From the NCBI GenBank assembly GCA_012295275.1, contig CM022677.1, forward strand, positions 10,850,001 to 10,914,000: a stretch of DNA of 64,000 nucleotides, written 5' to 3'. Shown here piece by piece: positions 27,399 through 41,599 of the stretch. This stretch comes from Chrysomallon squamiferum (Eukaryota; Animalia; Mollusca). Position numbers and translations under genes: made by a program. Each line of letters opens with the position of its first letter. Position 1 is the stretch's first letter. Under the pieces are notes generated by a model, which had not been told where the DNA came from, did no database searches, and was given only the letters and a program-made list of their open reading frames with translations.

Positions 27399-30300
27399 AA
27401 GAAGAAAAATGAAGAAGATGAAGAAGAAGAGAAAATAAGAATTTATTTTTCACAAGATTATTATTATTATAAAAGATTTTATAACAGTTATAATTAAGAT
27501 TACACACAGCACTCTCAGTGTGTCTGTTTTGTTGGTGGCAAGGCTAAGGAAGATCACTGTTGTGTTAGAACACACTGCCAAACACACAGCTCAGAAAGCC
27601 TGGGGTCCAAAACTGTTTCCTGATAAATTTAAAACCTAGGTAAAAAATAAATAAAAATACAAAAAAAATAAAGGTGTTAATAATTAATGAAAATGTAGAA
27701 TACTAAATTATATTCAGTAGATTGTAATATTAAATAAAATAATGAAAAGCTTAATAATAATGAATGTAAATATCCAATATAATGTAGTTAGTATGATTAT
27801 ATTTTAAATAAATTAAAAATAATAAGAAAATTAATAAACAAATAAATGATAGATAGACAGACAGAAGTTAGATAGAAAGATTTATAAATAAATAAAAATA
27901 ATCAACTGTCTACTAAAACTTGTTTTAAGAGCATTTTTATGAATTAAAACTATAAATAAATTTAAAATTATTTAAATAACTGATTCTTAAGCTATTTATG
28001 TTCAGAATTATCAAAAGAGAACTTACAGAAAGATTATATAAAATATTTTCTTTCTTTGTTATACTTCAAAAATATTACAAATATTTAAAAGTAATTGTTA
28101 AAAACATAAAGAGAAAAAAGAAAGAAAACTAAAAGCTTGCTAATTAGGAACAAATAAGAAATGATATATAAAGACAGACTGACATATAGAAGGACAACAG
28201 ATAAGAATATAGTAAGTAGAGAAATAGGCATATAGACAGATTCTCAGAAAGGCAAACACATTTATCTGAACATTTTCAAGAAAAGATATAAACACAGACA
28301 ATCAGAAAAGCAGAGAGAGATAGAAATAACATAAATAAATAGGCAGACAGAAAAAGAAACAGACAGATAGACTAAGACATATTTACAGACATATTTACCT
28401 GAATATTTCTTAAAGTTTTTAAAACCTGACTAAGTGGTAAAGCTTGTTGCAGTTTAAGTCTTGTCTGGCTGCTTTCAACAAAAACTCTGGATTCACAAGA
28501 AGATTAGTCAGTTGAATCACATGATCAAACCTTTTCTGTGGATCCGTATCTTCCTTACTTGGCACAGGAGTTTGAGTTTTCAGTGGTTGGTTTGGGTCTA
28601 ATGGTGGTACTGATGCTGTTGGTGCTGACTGCCATTTCATTTTCGATGATGTGAAACCCATGTCAGTTCTGTGTAAATAATAAAACAAAATAAAAAAATA
28701 AAATATAAAATATAAATACAACTGTCATGTAATATTTTTAGCAAATGATTGGTAACTATTTAAAATAGACTAATAGTAACAAACAAGTTATCCGAATAAT
28801 ACTGGTTCTAAAAAATCACTAATAATAATAATTTTCAGAAAACAAAATATATCAATAGTGAGTCTAACAACAATACAAGTTTACAACTTCATTATTGTTC
28901 AGGTCTGCTAGGCATATCAAAATAACAGTGTTTTCTCTGGCAAACACTAGAAATGTGACATCTCAGTGGAATCACATTTTCAATAAAAAGAACATCTACA
29001 CTAGTAACAAAAACGTATACTGAAATATTAATTCTCTGAGATATACTAGGTAACTTGTTTTATTAAAACACTGAATACTGTTGAGAATAATGTAGGAATA
29101 TTGTTATGTGCAGTTTTGTATCTCTTAAGTGCTGTAACTAGTGTAGTTCTGACCTCAGATCATTTGAAAAAACAAATATGAAAAAAACAATGAAAAAGAA
29201 AAACGTCTGATCACAACTGAATAACAAACATGAAGAAGAAAATTAATACTTACAACAATTATAACTAGCCTGTAAAAAAATAATAACAACAATAATAATA
29301 ATAATAATAAATAAATATTAAAATAAAATAATTTGAATTATTAGAATGTAGAAAAATAACTAGAAAGATAGAGATGCAGTGAAAATAATAAATAAATAAA
29401 TAAATAAATATAATAATAATAATATAAATATATATATGCATACACATATAATAATAATAAAAATAACTCTAATTCTTTAAATAACCATGAGTAGGATAAC
29501 AAAATTCAAACAAACTAAAGAAATTAAAAAGAGACTGAAGAACTAAAAGGAATAATATAGTATATTTTAAGTGATGTCAGGAAAAAATAAGTAAATAACA
29601 AATAATGATAACATAAAACAAAATAAGCAAAAACTAGGAAATGAAGAATAAGAAACAAAAAGAATGAAGAAGAAAATTAACAAGAATATGAATGGTCAGT
29701 AGATTCCAAAAAAAAAAATAAATAAAAAGTAATAATAATAATAATAATAATAAATACAAATTTAAAAAAAAAAAAATAATAAATAAATAATCAAAAATAT
29801 TAAAATAAAAACAAAGAATTTAAAATATGAAGAAACAAAAAGAAAGAAGAATAAGAACTACGAAGAGAAACGCAGAGACTGAAAAATAATAAGTAAATTG
29901 TAATATTATAAAATCTTGCAAAAATAACTGAAAATAAATACAGAAAGAGGAACACAAAAGAAGAAAAAGAAGATTATGAAGAAACTACAATGTAGAAAAA
30001 TAACAAGAAACAATAATCATGGTAAATAGGTTAAAAAATAAACAATCAAATAACTTTAAAGAAAACACAAACAATATGAATAAATATGAATAAACACAGG
30101 AATAAGAAGAAACAAGAAGAATAAAACACAAGAAGACAGAAGAATTAAGATAGTGTACACACATACACAAACAAACACATGCTGCACAAACAATGAAAAT
30201 AATTTATTTTGATCAATCTTGATTTAAATTGTTTCGTAAAGAAAGATTTATTTGGGATCATTTGTTATTTTCCGGCTGCCAAAACCATCACATATTATGA

Positions 30301-31119
30301 CATCTAAAATAATATTATGATGCTTGCTAAAGGATGGATGAAGTTAGTGTCTTTATATCACTTCATCTCAGAATTTTGTTTATAAATGGTAGATTTTTTC
30401 AATAGCGTAATCGATAACTTGAATGTCACCTTACATCTACTAAAAAAAAAAAAATAATAAAGTCAGATGGTTTAATAACAGCTATTTGTTTATTAATAAT
30501 ATTATACATCACCAAAAAGATGAAGAAGCACTACAGAATGCTCAATAATGGAAATAAGATCTCTTAAATTCTAATATTTATATCAATTTTCATTTACATG
30601 AACAACAGAAATACAAATAAGCTTCTTTTTTCTTCTTCCTTTTTTTTAGCACTGAAATAATTTATTGAATTTTAAATTTTTATTTATTTATTTTCAGTAT
30701 TTGTTTTTCAATCACAAAATAAAAACAGAATATTTCTTGTTCTTTTTTAATTAACATTTTTTTTTTCTTTTTTTTTTTTTTTTTTTTTTACTTAATATTA
30801 TATATGTTTATACTAAATTTTCGCTAATTAGGACAATTATTATTACTATTATTATTATTTCTTTTTCAAAAAAACCCCAAAAACAGAGTGTAAGTTTGTT
30901 TAGTGAGCCTAAAAAATAATTTATTATTTTTATTTAAAATCTGTACTGAAATAGATTTAATTTGAATTTTAACCAACAACAGCAAAAATGAAAATGTATT
31001 AAAATATGTATAATGAATGTGAAAATTAACCATGAACAATCTGCATTTTTTTTTTTCAACAATGGAATATATCTATATATTCATTTAAAAAATCCACTTT
31101 CATTCAAAATAAAAACATG

Positions 31120-31591
<472 letters not shown>

Positions 31592-33082
31592 GATATCTTT
31601 TAGAGAGTGAATATGAACTGATGAATATGTCTGATAGGTTGATTCGAGTATTTGAGCAAGAAACTGTGGGAATATGTGTTTATGAGTTAGTTAGAAAGAA
31701 TGGGTATATCATGTCTGGTTTGGTGTGTGTTTTCTCTGTGTTTTTGAGAGTGCATATGTATTGTAGATAGATACATAGGTAGACAGAGAGACAGAAATAC
31801 AGATATATGTCAATATATGTAAAAGATATAGTGTGTAAACATGTATGCCTCTGTAATATTACGTGTCTGTGTGTAAGAGAGGATGTGGATACATAGGGTA
31901 CTGCTATTTTTTCCAAATTTGAATACAGTGGCATTAATTTGAAAGCCCTTTCTATACATAGATAGAAAGATAGGATAACAGAGTATACACAGAAGTGTAT
32001 GTATTTCAGAGTATGTTTGAAAAACATTTGTTTATTTTTAGGAACAATGGGTGTATTATACAAAGAACACTCCTTTTTGAACATGCATGTATTCTCTGTC
32101 TTGCTCACAAAGAGAAATACTCACTCTTTTTTACAAATGCACTCCAGCTTTCACATTTTCAGTCATAGCTTACCTAACAAATATAAACACATACTCATTC
32201 ACACATCACCTCTCTCTAACCCTCACAAAAGTAAATACTCAGTATATTAGTATACATGCCTGTCTCTAAGTAAATCCACCCACAATTCTATATCTAATCT
32301 ATCTAAAATAAATAAACAGCATAAACATAATCTTGTTCTCAAGTATTTGTTGACCCATCCTTTCTCTGTTTAATAAAGATATCTATATATGCACCTATCT
32401 CATATATCTATCTCTCATCTGTCAATCTTATCTATCTCTGTATCTCTGTATAGATATATAATTATCTCTATTAATCTGTGTCATTCACTGAAAAAACATA
32501 CACAGGGCATACTCAGTTTCATACAGCATTCTCTCTCTATAACACACAAACACATATAACCACACCTACATATCAGTCTCTCTCTCTCTCAATATATCTA
32601 TCTATCTATATCTAGCCTCTCTTTTTAACTCATACTCAAATATAAACATACTCTCATTTACACATTCATTTATATACCAATCCTCTAAATACATAACAAT
32701 ATATTCATACACATATACTCATTATTATGGATCTATATATGTATATATTTATGTAGTTTGTATATGTCCATCTATCTGTGTCTATCCTCTCTAACACACA
32801 TATACATATATAAACCAAAATTCATTCACTCATCTGACACTCTCAAAAACCCACAAAAAGCACACTATCTTTCACATGCATTTATATACCCATTCTCTTT
32901 AACACACAAACACATATTTATAAAGACTCGTACACACATACACATCAGTTTGTCTATCTAGCTATCATCTATCTATCTATCTATCTATCTATCTATATAA
33001 TTATTGTCTACCTATCTCTCAGGGCATCTAACAATCCATCTATCTATTCCTCTATCAATCAATCTCACTCTCTCAAAATTAG

Positions 33083-33083
<1 letters not shown>

Positions 33084-33176
<93 letters not shown>
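33084..33176 (+). repeat. (CA)n microsatellite within a TATC/CA-rich low-complexity region (32.3-35.1 kb)
   Basis: Perfect run. The neighbouring sequence is rich in degenerate ATCT tetramers and has (TA)n at 34543-34589. Confidence 0.95.
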
Positions 33177-33180
<4 letters not shown>

Positions 33181-34537
33181 GTATATATTATCTCCATTTA
33201 CCTCCTTTTTAAAATGTGTTAATTAAATACAATTTTTCTTACTCAAACCCACAATCTTCCTTTAACACTGCCATACAGCCATCCTCTCTAGCAAACATAC
33301 AAACACATCAAAACCTCCACACTTCCCTATCCAATCTCTATCTGTCTTTGTATCTCTATTCAAATATGTCTATCTATCTACCAATCAATCTATTTATCTA
33401 TTTATCAATATATTTATTCATTTTTCTATTTATCCATAAGCAACAAACTAACACACAAACAATAGACTCAGTCTTTCTTTCAGTTGTGCAGGTATATACT
33501 CATGCCTCCTTGCATCTATCTATCTTTCTAGTAATCTATCTACCTTTCTTCTGTCTATCAAGCTACCTTTCTTGTGCCCATTTTACATTTTACCATATAT
33601 CCACCCTGTTTTACACTTATATATGTAATTACTTATCCTTTAATATAGACATATACCAATCACTTCCTAAACACACAAATACATTATCATTCCTATACAC
33701 ATGTCAGTGTTTGTATGTGAGTGTACACACACTCTTTAATGCATGTGTCTATATGACTATCAGTCTGTCTAGAAATCAGTCTACTGAACTAGTGACATAC
33801 TACATATCTACCTTCTTATTAGTTTATCTCTCTAGCTTATATGTCTATTTTTCAGTAACCATCTGTATATCTAACTGCACACCACTTCAAACCTTTGTAT
33901 CTTTCTATATATCTATATATATAATCTATCTGTATTTATCTCTGGATATCTATCTTTATCATCACCAACTCAATCCAAACACGGATCCAATCCTCTATGT
34001 CTCTCTGTCTGTCTGTGTGTGTGTATTTATGTACATATACATGATCATATCCTCAAATCAATAGCCATCCACTTTACCATTACCTATCTGTCTTTCTTTC
34101 TGTCTAGCTATTTATCATTCTATAGCTAGATATGAACCTGTTGACCTGCCTGCCTCTTTAGCTATCTGTATATCCATCCATCAAACTCTAAGCAAATGCC
34201 TCCCTATATATATATTTCTCTAACCATCAGTATTACAATCCATCAATAACCATCCATGAATCACCTATTCATCTTCCTGACTATCTCCCTAAATTATTAC
34301 AACTACCTTTTACATGTATCTTTCTGTGTTACTGTCCATTTATAACTCTCATTCACAATGCCCATAGTTAACAGTCCTTATCAATCACAGGCACACAAAC
34401 ACACAGACATACACACACACACACACACACAGGCACATGCAGTTTCTATGCATATGCAAGCAGATGTCACCTATCTATATGTATCTATATATGTATATCT
34501 AGGTACACAATTTCTCATTCTATCTACATAATCAACC

Positions 34538-34592
<55 letters not shown>

Positions 34593-34729
34593 TAACATCT
34601 ATCAGTCATTTAAACATCTTCTTGCCTACATACCTACATAGCCACCTTCAAATCTCCCTATATTTCAAAAAAGACAAGAAACTTTTCCTTCTATATACTA
34701 TTCCCTGTTCAACTTATGCATACCTACAC

Positions 34730-34770
<41 letters not shown>

Positions 34771-35299
34771 GCCTTCCACAATACCATCCATACTTGCCTA
34801 CACCTATCTGTATGTCTGCTACATAACTATCTACATATATCTACATATCAACTCTGAACTACTGACCTACCTACCTAGCTGTCCCTCTCTGTGTCTGATA
34901 TCTATTAGATAATTATCTACATATATCTACATATCAACCAATTGAACTACTGACCTACAGACCTATCAGTTTATCTACCCACATTACAATAGCTCAATAA
35001 CCATCCATCAATCATATAACTACCTACATACATAACTAACTATGCCTGCATTACAACCTGTATGATTTATGTATACATCTGTACGTCCACACTCTCAGCT
35101 TGGCAAACACACACACAACAGAAAGAAGAATACACAGAATACACAGACATTGTTGTGTTTGTCTGTCTGCCTAAATTCATCTACATAAATGATTTCCTTT
35201 GTTAACTTCTACTGATCTAACTGTCTATTAGTTTATCAGTATCTCTCTCTTTCTTTCAATATATCTTTCTGTGTATCTCTTTAACTGTTAACCTCCCAT

Positions 35300-36064
35300 C
35301 AGACAGTCAGTCTCATATCTCTGTCAATCTTCTCTCCTTTCCTTCAAATCACGTATAGTAACTTTAAACTTGCTAATATTGTTTATGAAAACAACGCTTG
35401 TTGTCTATCTGTAAATATCATTGCTCCACATCTTTTCATTTCTTCTGCACTAATCTGTAATGTAGAAACACACAGAGCTTTTGCACTGTCCTTAGTCATT
35501 ATAGTGGAAGTTGTTTTACTGCCATCCTGATAAAACCAAGAATCATCCACTGTTAACTATTGGAGAATAATCAATCAACATTGATGTGTATTGTCAACAA
35601 CTTCTCTGTCTGGAAACTGCTTTGGAAAGAAAAATATACAATATAATATAACATTTATAGTCTTCTCCATATCCTTGTAAATGAAGCTGATTACAGAATT
35701 TTGTCTTTCCTGTAGATACAACAATAAAATATAATAGAATAATAAGTATTTTTCCATTGTGTTTAATTGTCTGTAATGTTAGAAAGAAATTATTATAAAT
35801 AAATATTGTCTGTCTTATTTTAATAGGGTTTAATAATAAATAACAAATAATTTAAATAAAAATTTAGATCTCTAAAAAAAGGATCAATACAAATTGTAAA
35901 TTTAAAATTCTGGTCAACTTAAAAACAGTGTCTTTTATAATCTAAATTCATAAAGATAAGTGAAAATATTTCTTTATGAAATATTTTCTAATACTAAATA
36001 AGAAGAATGCAATGATTAGATAAAAATATGTTAAAGGTAAGCAATGCCATCATAAAATAAAAAT

Positions 36065-36115
<51 letters not shown>

Positions 36116-36899
36116 TTTCTCAAAGCTGAAATTCATAAAATTGTGAATTCTCCTCTGAATCTTCAGCACTGACCTGCCTTGTACTGTAAGGGAGAGAGTG
36201 AGATCTGACAAACTCTGTCTTTGACCAAGTGTCAAAGTAAACTTGACTGTTTCCACCTGTAAATTGAAAATAATTCATTATCACCAGCTTATGAAAAATG
36301 TGAGGCATTTTAGTTAAATAACTCATTTTTAACTCATTTTTTTGTACTACCTCTAATACACTGAATATGGAAATAAATACTAAAATAAAAATTATAAATG
36401 GTTTCAAGTATTGTTTTACAACAACGTACTCAGAGCTGTCCGCTATGGAGTTTTAGCAGAGTAAGTTGTCCACATTATTGTAATATTCATCGGCCAATGT
36501 GAGTGATAATTATTTAATTTAATTTAATTTAATTTTATTATTATTGTGCTGATTTTTTTTTTTTTTATTTTTTGGCGGGGGTGGCGACGTCGTAATAATA
36601 ACTGAAAAAAAAAATAATAATAATAAAATAAATAAATGAAAAAACAAACAGTACAAAATGGGTACAAGATGGTATGACGTCAAATGACACACATAGGCAC
36701 AAAAATTAATAATAATAGAAAAAATGTTTCTATCTTTGCAGCAATTACTATTCAATAACAGACATCTATGTATAAGCGGCACTGTTTATATGATATATTT
36801 CCCCAAATTACCTCTAATAATGCATGTAGAATTGATTGCATTATGAAGGAATACGTGTTTAAAAGTTTGTAAACGCCGATCGGCATTCGACGCTGCCAT
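35300..36899 (-). pseudogene. 5' exons of an unidentified decayed gene or spliced non-coding unit in duplicon A
   Basis: ATG at 36899 lies within the YY1 motif and reads MAASNADRRLQTFKHVFLHNAINSTCIIR to a GAG|GTAATT donor at 36812. It is phase-compatible with the exon starting at 36256 (TTTACAG|GTGG; GGNSQVYFDTWSKTEFVRSHSLPYSTR). Further acceptors lie at ~35710 and ~35620. Acceptors are conserved in copy 1 but reading frames are not. Confidence 0.4.
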
Positions 36900-36925
36900 C
36901 TTGGATTTCCATCGGAAGTTTCCGT
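36890..36925 (-). promoter_or_regulatory. ETS + YY1 promoter/start module, copy 2
   Basis: The reverse complement reads CGGAAACTTCCGATGGAAATCCAAGATGGCAGCG. Confidence 0.55.
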
Positions 36926-38704
36926 GCGAACTCGGCGTAATTTGTGCCGTAACGAGTAATCGTTCCTGATGGTCCCTGCTGCCAAAAGTATACTACTCGA
37001 AATTGTTAGTCGAATTTAAAATATTTTGACGGTCCGACTTTGCTTTTGTTCTTCTTTAAATTTTATTATTAAATAGCTTTCAAATAATATCCTAAAAATT
37101 GGATATGTGCAAATACACAACAAATTTAAAATTAAAATAAGTTGTAAATAAATTCATTGTTTTTAAAGAGACAAATCGAAAACAAGTAAATGAAAAAATA
37201 AATGAAATAGGCATTTTACAATAACACATTAAATAAATCAAAAATAAAGGAACTGGTTATTTAAAAGACAAATAAAACGCAGGGAATGTTAATAAGCTGG
37301 TTCTGTTTGCTACAAAATAGGATGCAGAATTAGTTCTTTTTAATCTAAAAGCAGCAAACCTAATTTACCGTCACATCGCATTTGCGAGGAGTAATCTATT
37401 TCAGAAGTTCGTGGTCTACGGGAAATAACTCTATTTAACACATTGCTAAATGGACAAAAAAGGCTGAGTGTTGAATAAACTATTTAAACAGAAAAAAGAA
37501 ATCACAGGAAATTTTGTTCATCTTTTTTTTTCAATAAATGAGAAAGACTCGGAAGGGACAAAAGATTATTAATGACATCTTACGTCTGCTGAATAAAGAT
37601 CAGTGATTTTATTAAACTTATATATATTTTTTATTTCTATTTAATGTAACTGTTTCTTTATAATAAATATAAATAATCATTTTATTTCCTTTCTTACTCT
37701 TTTCTTTTTCCCTTGTTTCAGTATTCTTTATTAATTATTATTTTGTAAGTTTGGTTTACGTGTTTGCCTTAGAGGATAGTTATATACATAAGTTGATATC
37801 AGAGAGACGGTGTTTACGCATGTAGCTAAATAATATACAGATATATACACTGAAGATAGCTAGGGATGGATATAGAGATAGATAGACATTTTACATTTCC
37901 TAGGCAAATTAAATTGTAAGAAAATGTTTGTACATACGTTATAATATAATATCATATTAACCTCGCTTTTAACATCTTTTCTTTTATTGGTCATTTTAAT
38001 TACTCAGTTCAGTTTTTTCTTTTTTGTTTCTATCCATCTACCGATAATCGATCCATCTACCGAGATTATATTAATTAAAAAAAAAAAAAAAAAAAAAAAT
38101 GTATTATTATTATTTTTGTTTGTTTGTTAATTAAGTTAATTAATTTGCGTTTTATCTCATAGAAAACCTAGCTTGTCCCTGTGAAAAATGTTCTTGTTCA
38201 AGTAAATGTAAGTCAGTTTTCACCATCCTTCTATAAACAAATCAGATTTCAGTTTTATTCATGATATAGTTTAAAAAATAACGCTATTTACTCTGATTAT
38301 TTTATTAATAAATAAATAAATAAATATAATTTTAATTTTATAACCGACTGCACAATTTAAATAGTGGATGTTGTATATTTATTATTATATTAGACATATT
38401 ATGTAGATGAGAAGGCGCCACTTTAATCTAATATTTTAGTAAGATGTTATTGAATACTGGAGAAGAAACATTAATATTTTCTTGACAGTAAAGACATTAT
38501 TGTTATGTTTAAATAGGATGAAACAAATGATTATAACTAAAAATATGCTCATATCGCATAAAACACTAGTTCAGGAGGATAGGCATGTTTTTTATGATGT
38601 AACTTAAAAATTAACTACAAATATTGTTTTACTGTATTCTTTATTTGAAAACCTCCTCTGTATTTCTCAAAAAAGAAGAAAAAAAGTATATATGTATATA
38701 TGTG

Positions 38705-38809
<105 letters not shown>

Positions 38810-39304
38810 ATGTGGTTTTCTGTTATTTATTAATGTGATAATTACAAGCATAATATCTAGAACTACAGAAACACTGTGAGATCAATATTCTCTTATTTAG
38901 ACATTTTAAAAGAAAAGGTGTTTTACAGGAAATGGTGAGGTTAATATGTTATATCTCTCATGGTCTAATTATACGTATAATTAATCTATATAAAATATCT
39001 CACATAAAAAAAGATAGAGAAAAGAAATATTAAGCTTAACCAGCAGCGCAATTTTGACGGCAAAATATATTCATTTCAAAATCGTCCCCTTTTCTTGTAA
39101 TTTTTTTTATTTTTTTTATTTTTTTCATTTTTTTTTATTTATTTATTTTGAAAAAGAATTAACATTATCTTCATCTCAGTAACTGTTTATACCTAGTGTA
39201 GCATGTAAAACTAATGACGTAATCGAGACTTCACGTGACACTTTACAAACACGTTTTATTCCACGTTTATTATTGATGATAAATAAACATCGTATAAGTA
39301 TGGA

Positions 39305-39830
39305 TAATACTTATTAAAAAGCAAAAGAATGAGGAGAATACACCGACAACGTTGATAACAACGCTGTTACGTCGGTAATGACGGCGACATTAATAGAAAT
39401 TAAAATAATATATTTTAATAGGTGATGCACCCGCTCAGACAGTTTGAAGAAGAATTAATGAAAAAGCCCTAAAGAATAAAGAGAAATACTCGATCAAAGC
39501 TAGCAACGATAGTGATAGTAATAATGCTTTTTAACATTGTGTACACTAAAAAAGCATGAATAATAGTTAATAAAAAGCAAAAGAAAAAGGGTAAGTACAC
39601 CTAGAACGTAGGGAACAACGCCATTACAGCGGTAACGACGACGAAATTAATGGAGATAATAATACTATATTTTAATGTATAATGGGTATGGTCAGAAAAT
39701 AAAATAACAGCGAATTAAAAAAAAAAAAAAAGTAATAACGAGGAGTAAACCAGTAACGTTAGGAACAACACCGGTACGATGGCAACGACGGCGACATTAA
39801 TAGAAATTAATATATTTTAATAGGTGGTGA
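39305..39830 (+). repeat. Three diverged ~100-120-bp CpG-rich repeats; inverted relative at ~19405-19470
   Basis: Unit ...AACGT..GAACAACGC..TTAC..CGGTAACGACGGCGACATTAATAGAAATTAA..TATATTTTAATAGG at ~39307, ~39562 and ~39733. The reverse complement TTTCTATTAATGTCGCCGTCG occurs at ~19433. Confidence 0.75.
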
Positions 39831-41599
39831 AAGTATGAGGAGTAATTATAATATCAGTGACCGAATAAAATAAACGTTATCGGCATAATCTATATTTATC
39901 AATATAATTTCTTTTTTATATCAACTTGGTCCAGCAACTTTTCACTTTTATTCTAGGAGCCACTTCTATAATCTAGTTATGTTAATAAGACAAGGGATGT
40001 TATCTTATAATTATCTTAGTAAAGAGGTTTTAAACGATGGATATTATGGACTACTCAGATTTATCATTAATAATATAGTCATATACCCCCCCACACCTGC
40101 AAACTACATAAATCAGATTATTTATTTAGGGAGATGACAACATAAACCTCACCCCAAGAAAACAACATTTATTTATTTATTTGTTTATTTATTGTTTCGT
40201 TTTCATTTAAAACTGTACCAAAAAAATTTGTGGAACCTGAAAATATTATTTTTCACATACCTTTCCACGACCGTTTGTCAAATTCCATACTTCGCACGTG
40301 CATCACAAATTGCAAGTGTGTGTAGTAGGGCTGTTATTGTGGATTTTGACAATTTTCATAAATGTGGTTTATCACTATGGACAATTTTTATTGTTTTTTT
40401 TTTTTTTGTTGTTGTTGTTGTTTTCATTCTGTTGATGATACAGTTACTATCGTTTTGTTTTTAGTCATTTTTACGCAGATGATGAAACTCGTTCCGATCC
40501 TTCATTTATTTAATAATATTTATTGCTGTTCCCCACAGTTAACTTACATACAAATTTGGCAATTGTAAAATCATTATTAGAGTACCTTACTTTTTTAACA
40601 GTATATACAAATTTACTTAAAGAGACTATGAACACATTCACTCCATACAGAATACACAGTTTTTAATTGTAATACAGTGTATAACGTGCTGATAATGTCT
40701 TATTTGTACATTCACCCATTTCCTTTTTATTTTATTTTTTATTTTTTTTATTTAATTTAGGTTTTATTAATACGTGAAGAAACTCGCGCAGTAAAGACAG
40801 CGAAACAGACATTGCAACCTTGACCTGTTTTTTCATTTCTTCTTTCATTCATTTCTTGAACTTTCTCCTTTGTTTTTAATTTCTTTTATTTATTTATTTA
40901 TTTATTTATTTATTATTAGTATTATTACTAATGCTTTTAACGTTCTCTTTTATTTTATTTTATTCTGTTCATTTTATTTTCTCATCTTTCTTTCTCTTTT
41001 TCTTATTTTCTTCTCAATCGTTTTTTCATTATTCTTTTCTAATAATTATCATTATAACTTTGTGCATTAGATTAAAACAAGTACAGTTGATAACTTGTTA
41101 TTCATTTGTTTACTGGAAATGGGACATTACACTTTGTCTGATTTTTCAGGGGTGTAGGGTTGTTCCGTCATTTCGAGCTGTGAGTACGTGAAATATTCTG
41201 CTTTAACTAGATGTCTTATCGTCTGCACTGTCGAAAGTAAAGAATTTTAATTTTTGATTTCAATAATTTCAGTAATTTCAGTAATTTTAATGTAAGTTAT
41301 TTGATGTATTTATTGTTTATAAAAGACCAAAAAAAAAATGATGTTTTGTTTGTAAATGTGTTTATTATTTTATCTTTATAATTTAAATAAATAAATAAAT
41401 ATGGTCTGTGATGGTTTGTGTTATTTTTAATTATATTTTTGAATTAATTTTGTATTTTAGGTTCAAAATGTAAGCTGTTACTGCAGCGAGGACAAGTTCT
41501 CTATTTTTCATGTCAAGATGTTTTGAACTGTGAACTCAATTCTTAGTTCATCACGTGTCATGTAGTGTTAATCGTTCCTTGGTTAAAAACAGTGAAATA

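Larger units (their letters stand above)
23030..28668 (-). pseudogene. Unprocessed 10-exon pseudogene: RI/NLRC3-type leucine-rich repeats with a probable C-terminal RRM
   Basis: AG/GT-bounded exons: 28668-28399, 27635-27508, 27332-27219, 27049-26981, 26563-26341, 26047-25939, 25841-25725, 25494-25381, 24759-24611 and 23233-~23030 (AATAAA at 23028-23033). Joined peptides include LSQVLKTLRNIQ|VLNLSGNSFGPQAF*AVCLAVCSNTTVIFLSLATNKTD, SSLQELSLNSNCVL, LLTLSLDDVLDTAAMLKGL|EENRK and VPTWLQ|LADHRARAVCAFNLSGNA. Several junctions are phase-compatible. In-frame TGA at 27591-27593 plus several frameshifts. Confidence 0.8.
33460..38005 (-). repeat. Segmental duplication unit A, copy 2 (inverted relative to 5810-9500)
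   Basis: See copy 1. This copy also retains ~1.15 kb (~34390-35565) that is missing from copy 1. Confidence 0.92.

Noticed and set aside
33470-33500. Possible 8-nt micro-exon TCTTTCTTTCAG|TTGTGCAG|GTATAT shared with paralogs at 9.47 and 55.55 kb
   Set aside because: Conservation is explained by the segmental duplication, the third copy alters the acceptor context, and no partner exons were found on that strand.
33216-34064. 282-aa ORF, the longest in the track
   Set aside because: It is a translation of TATC/CA low-complexity DNA (YLSIYL-type), has a non-ATG start and no domain, and lies in the non-coding part of duplicon A.
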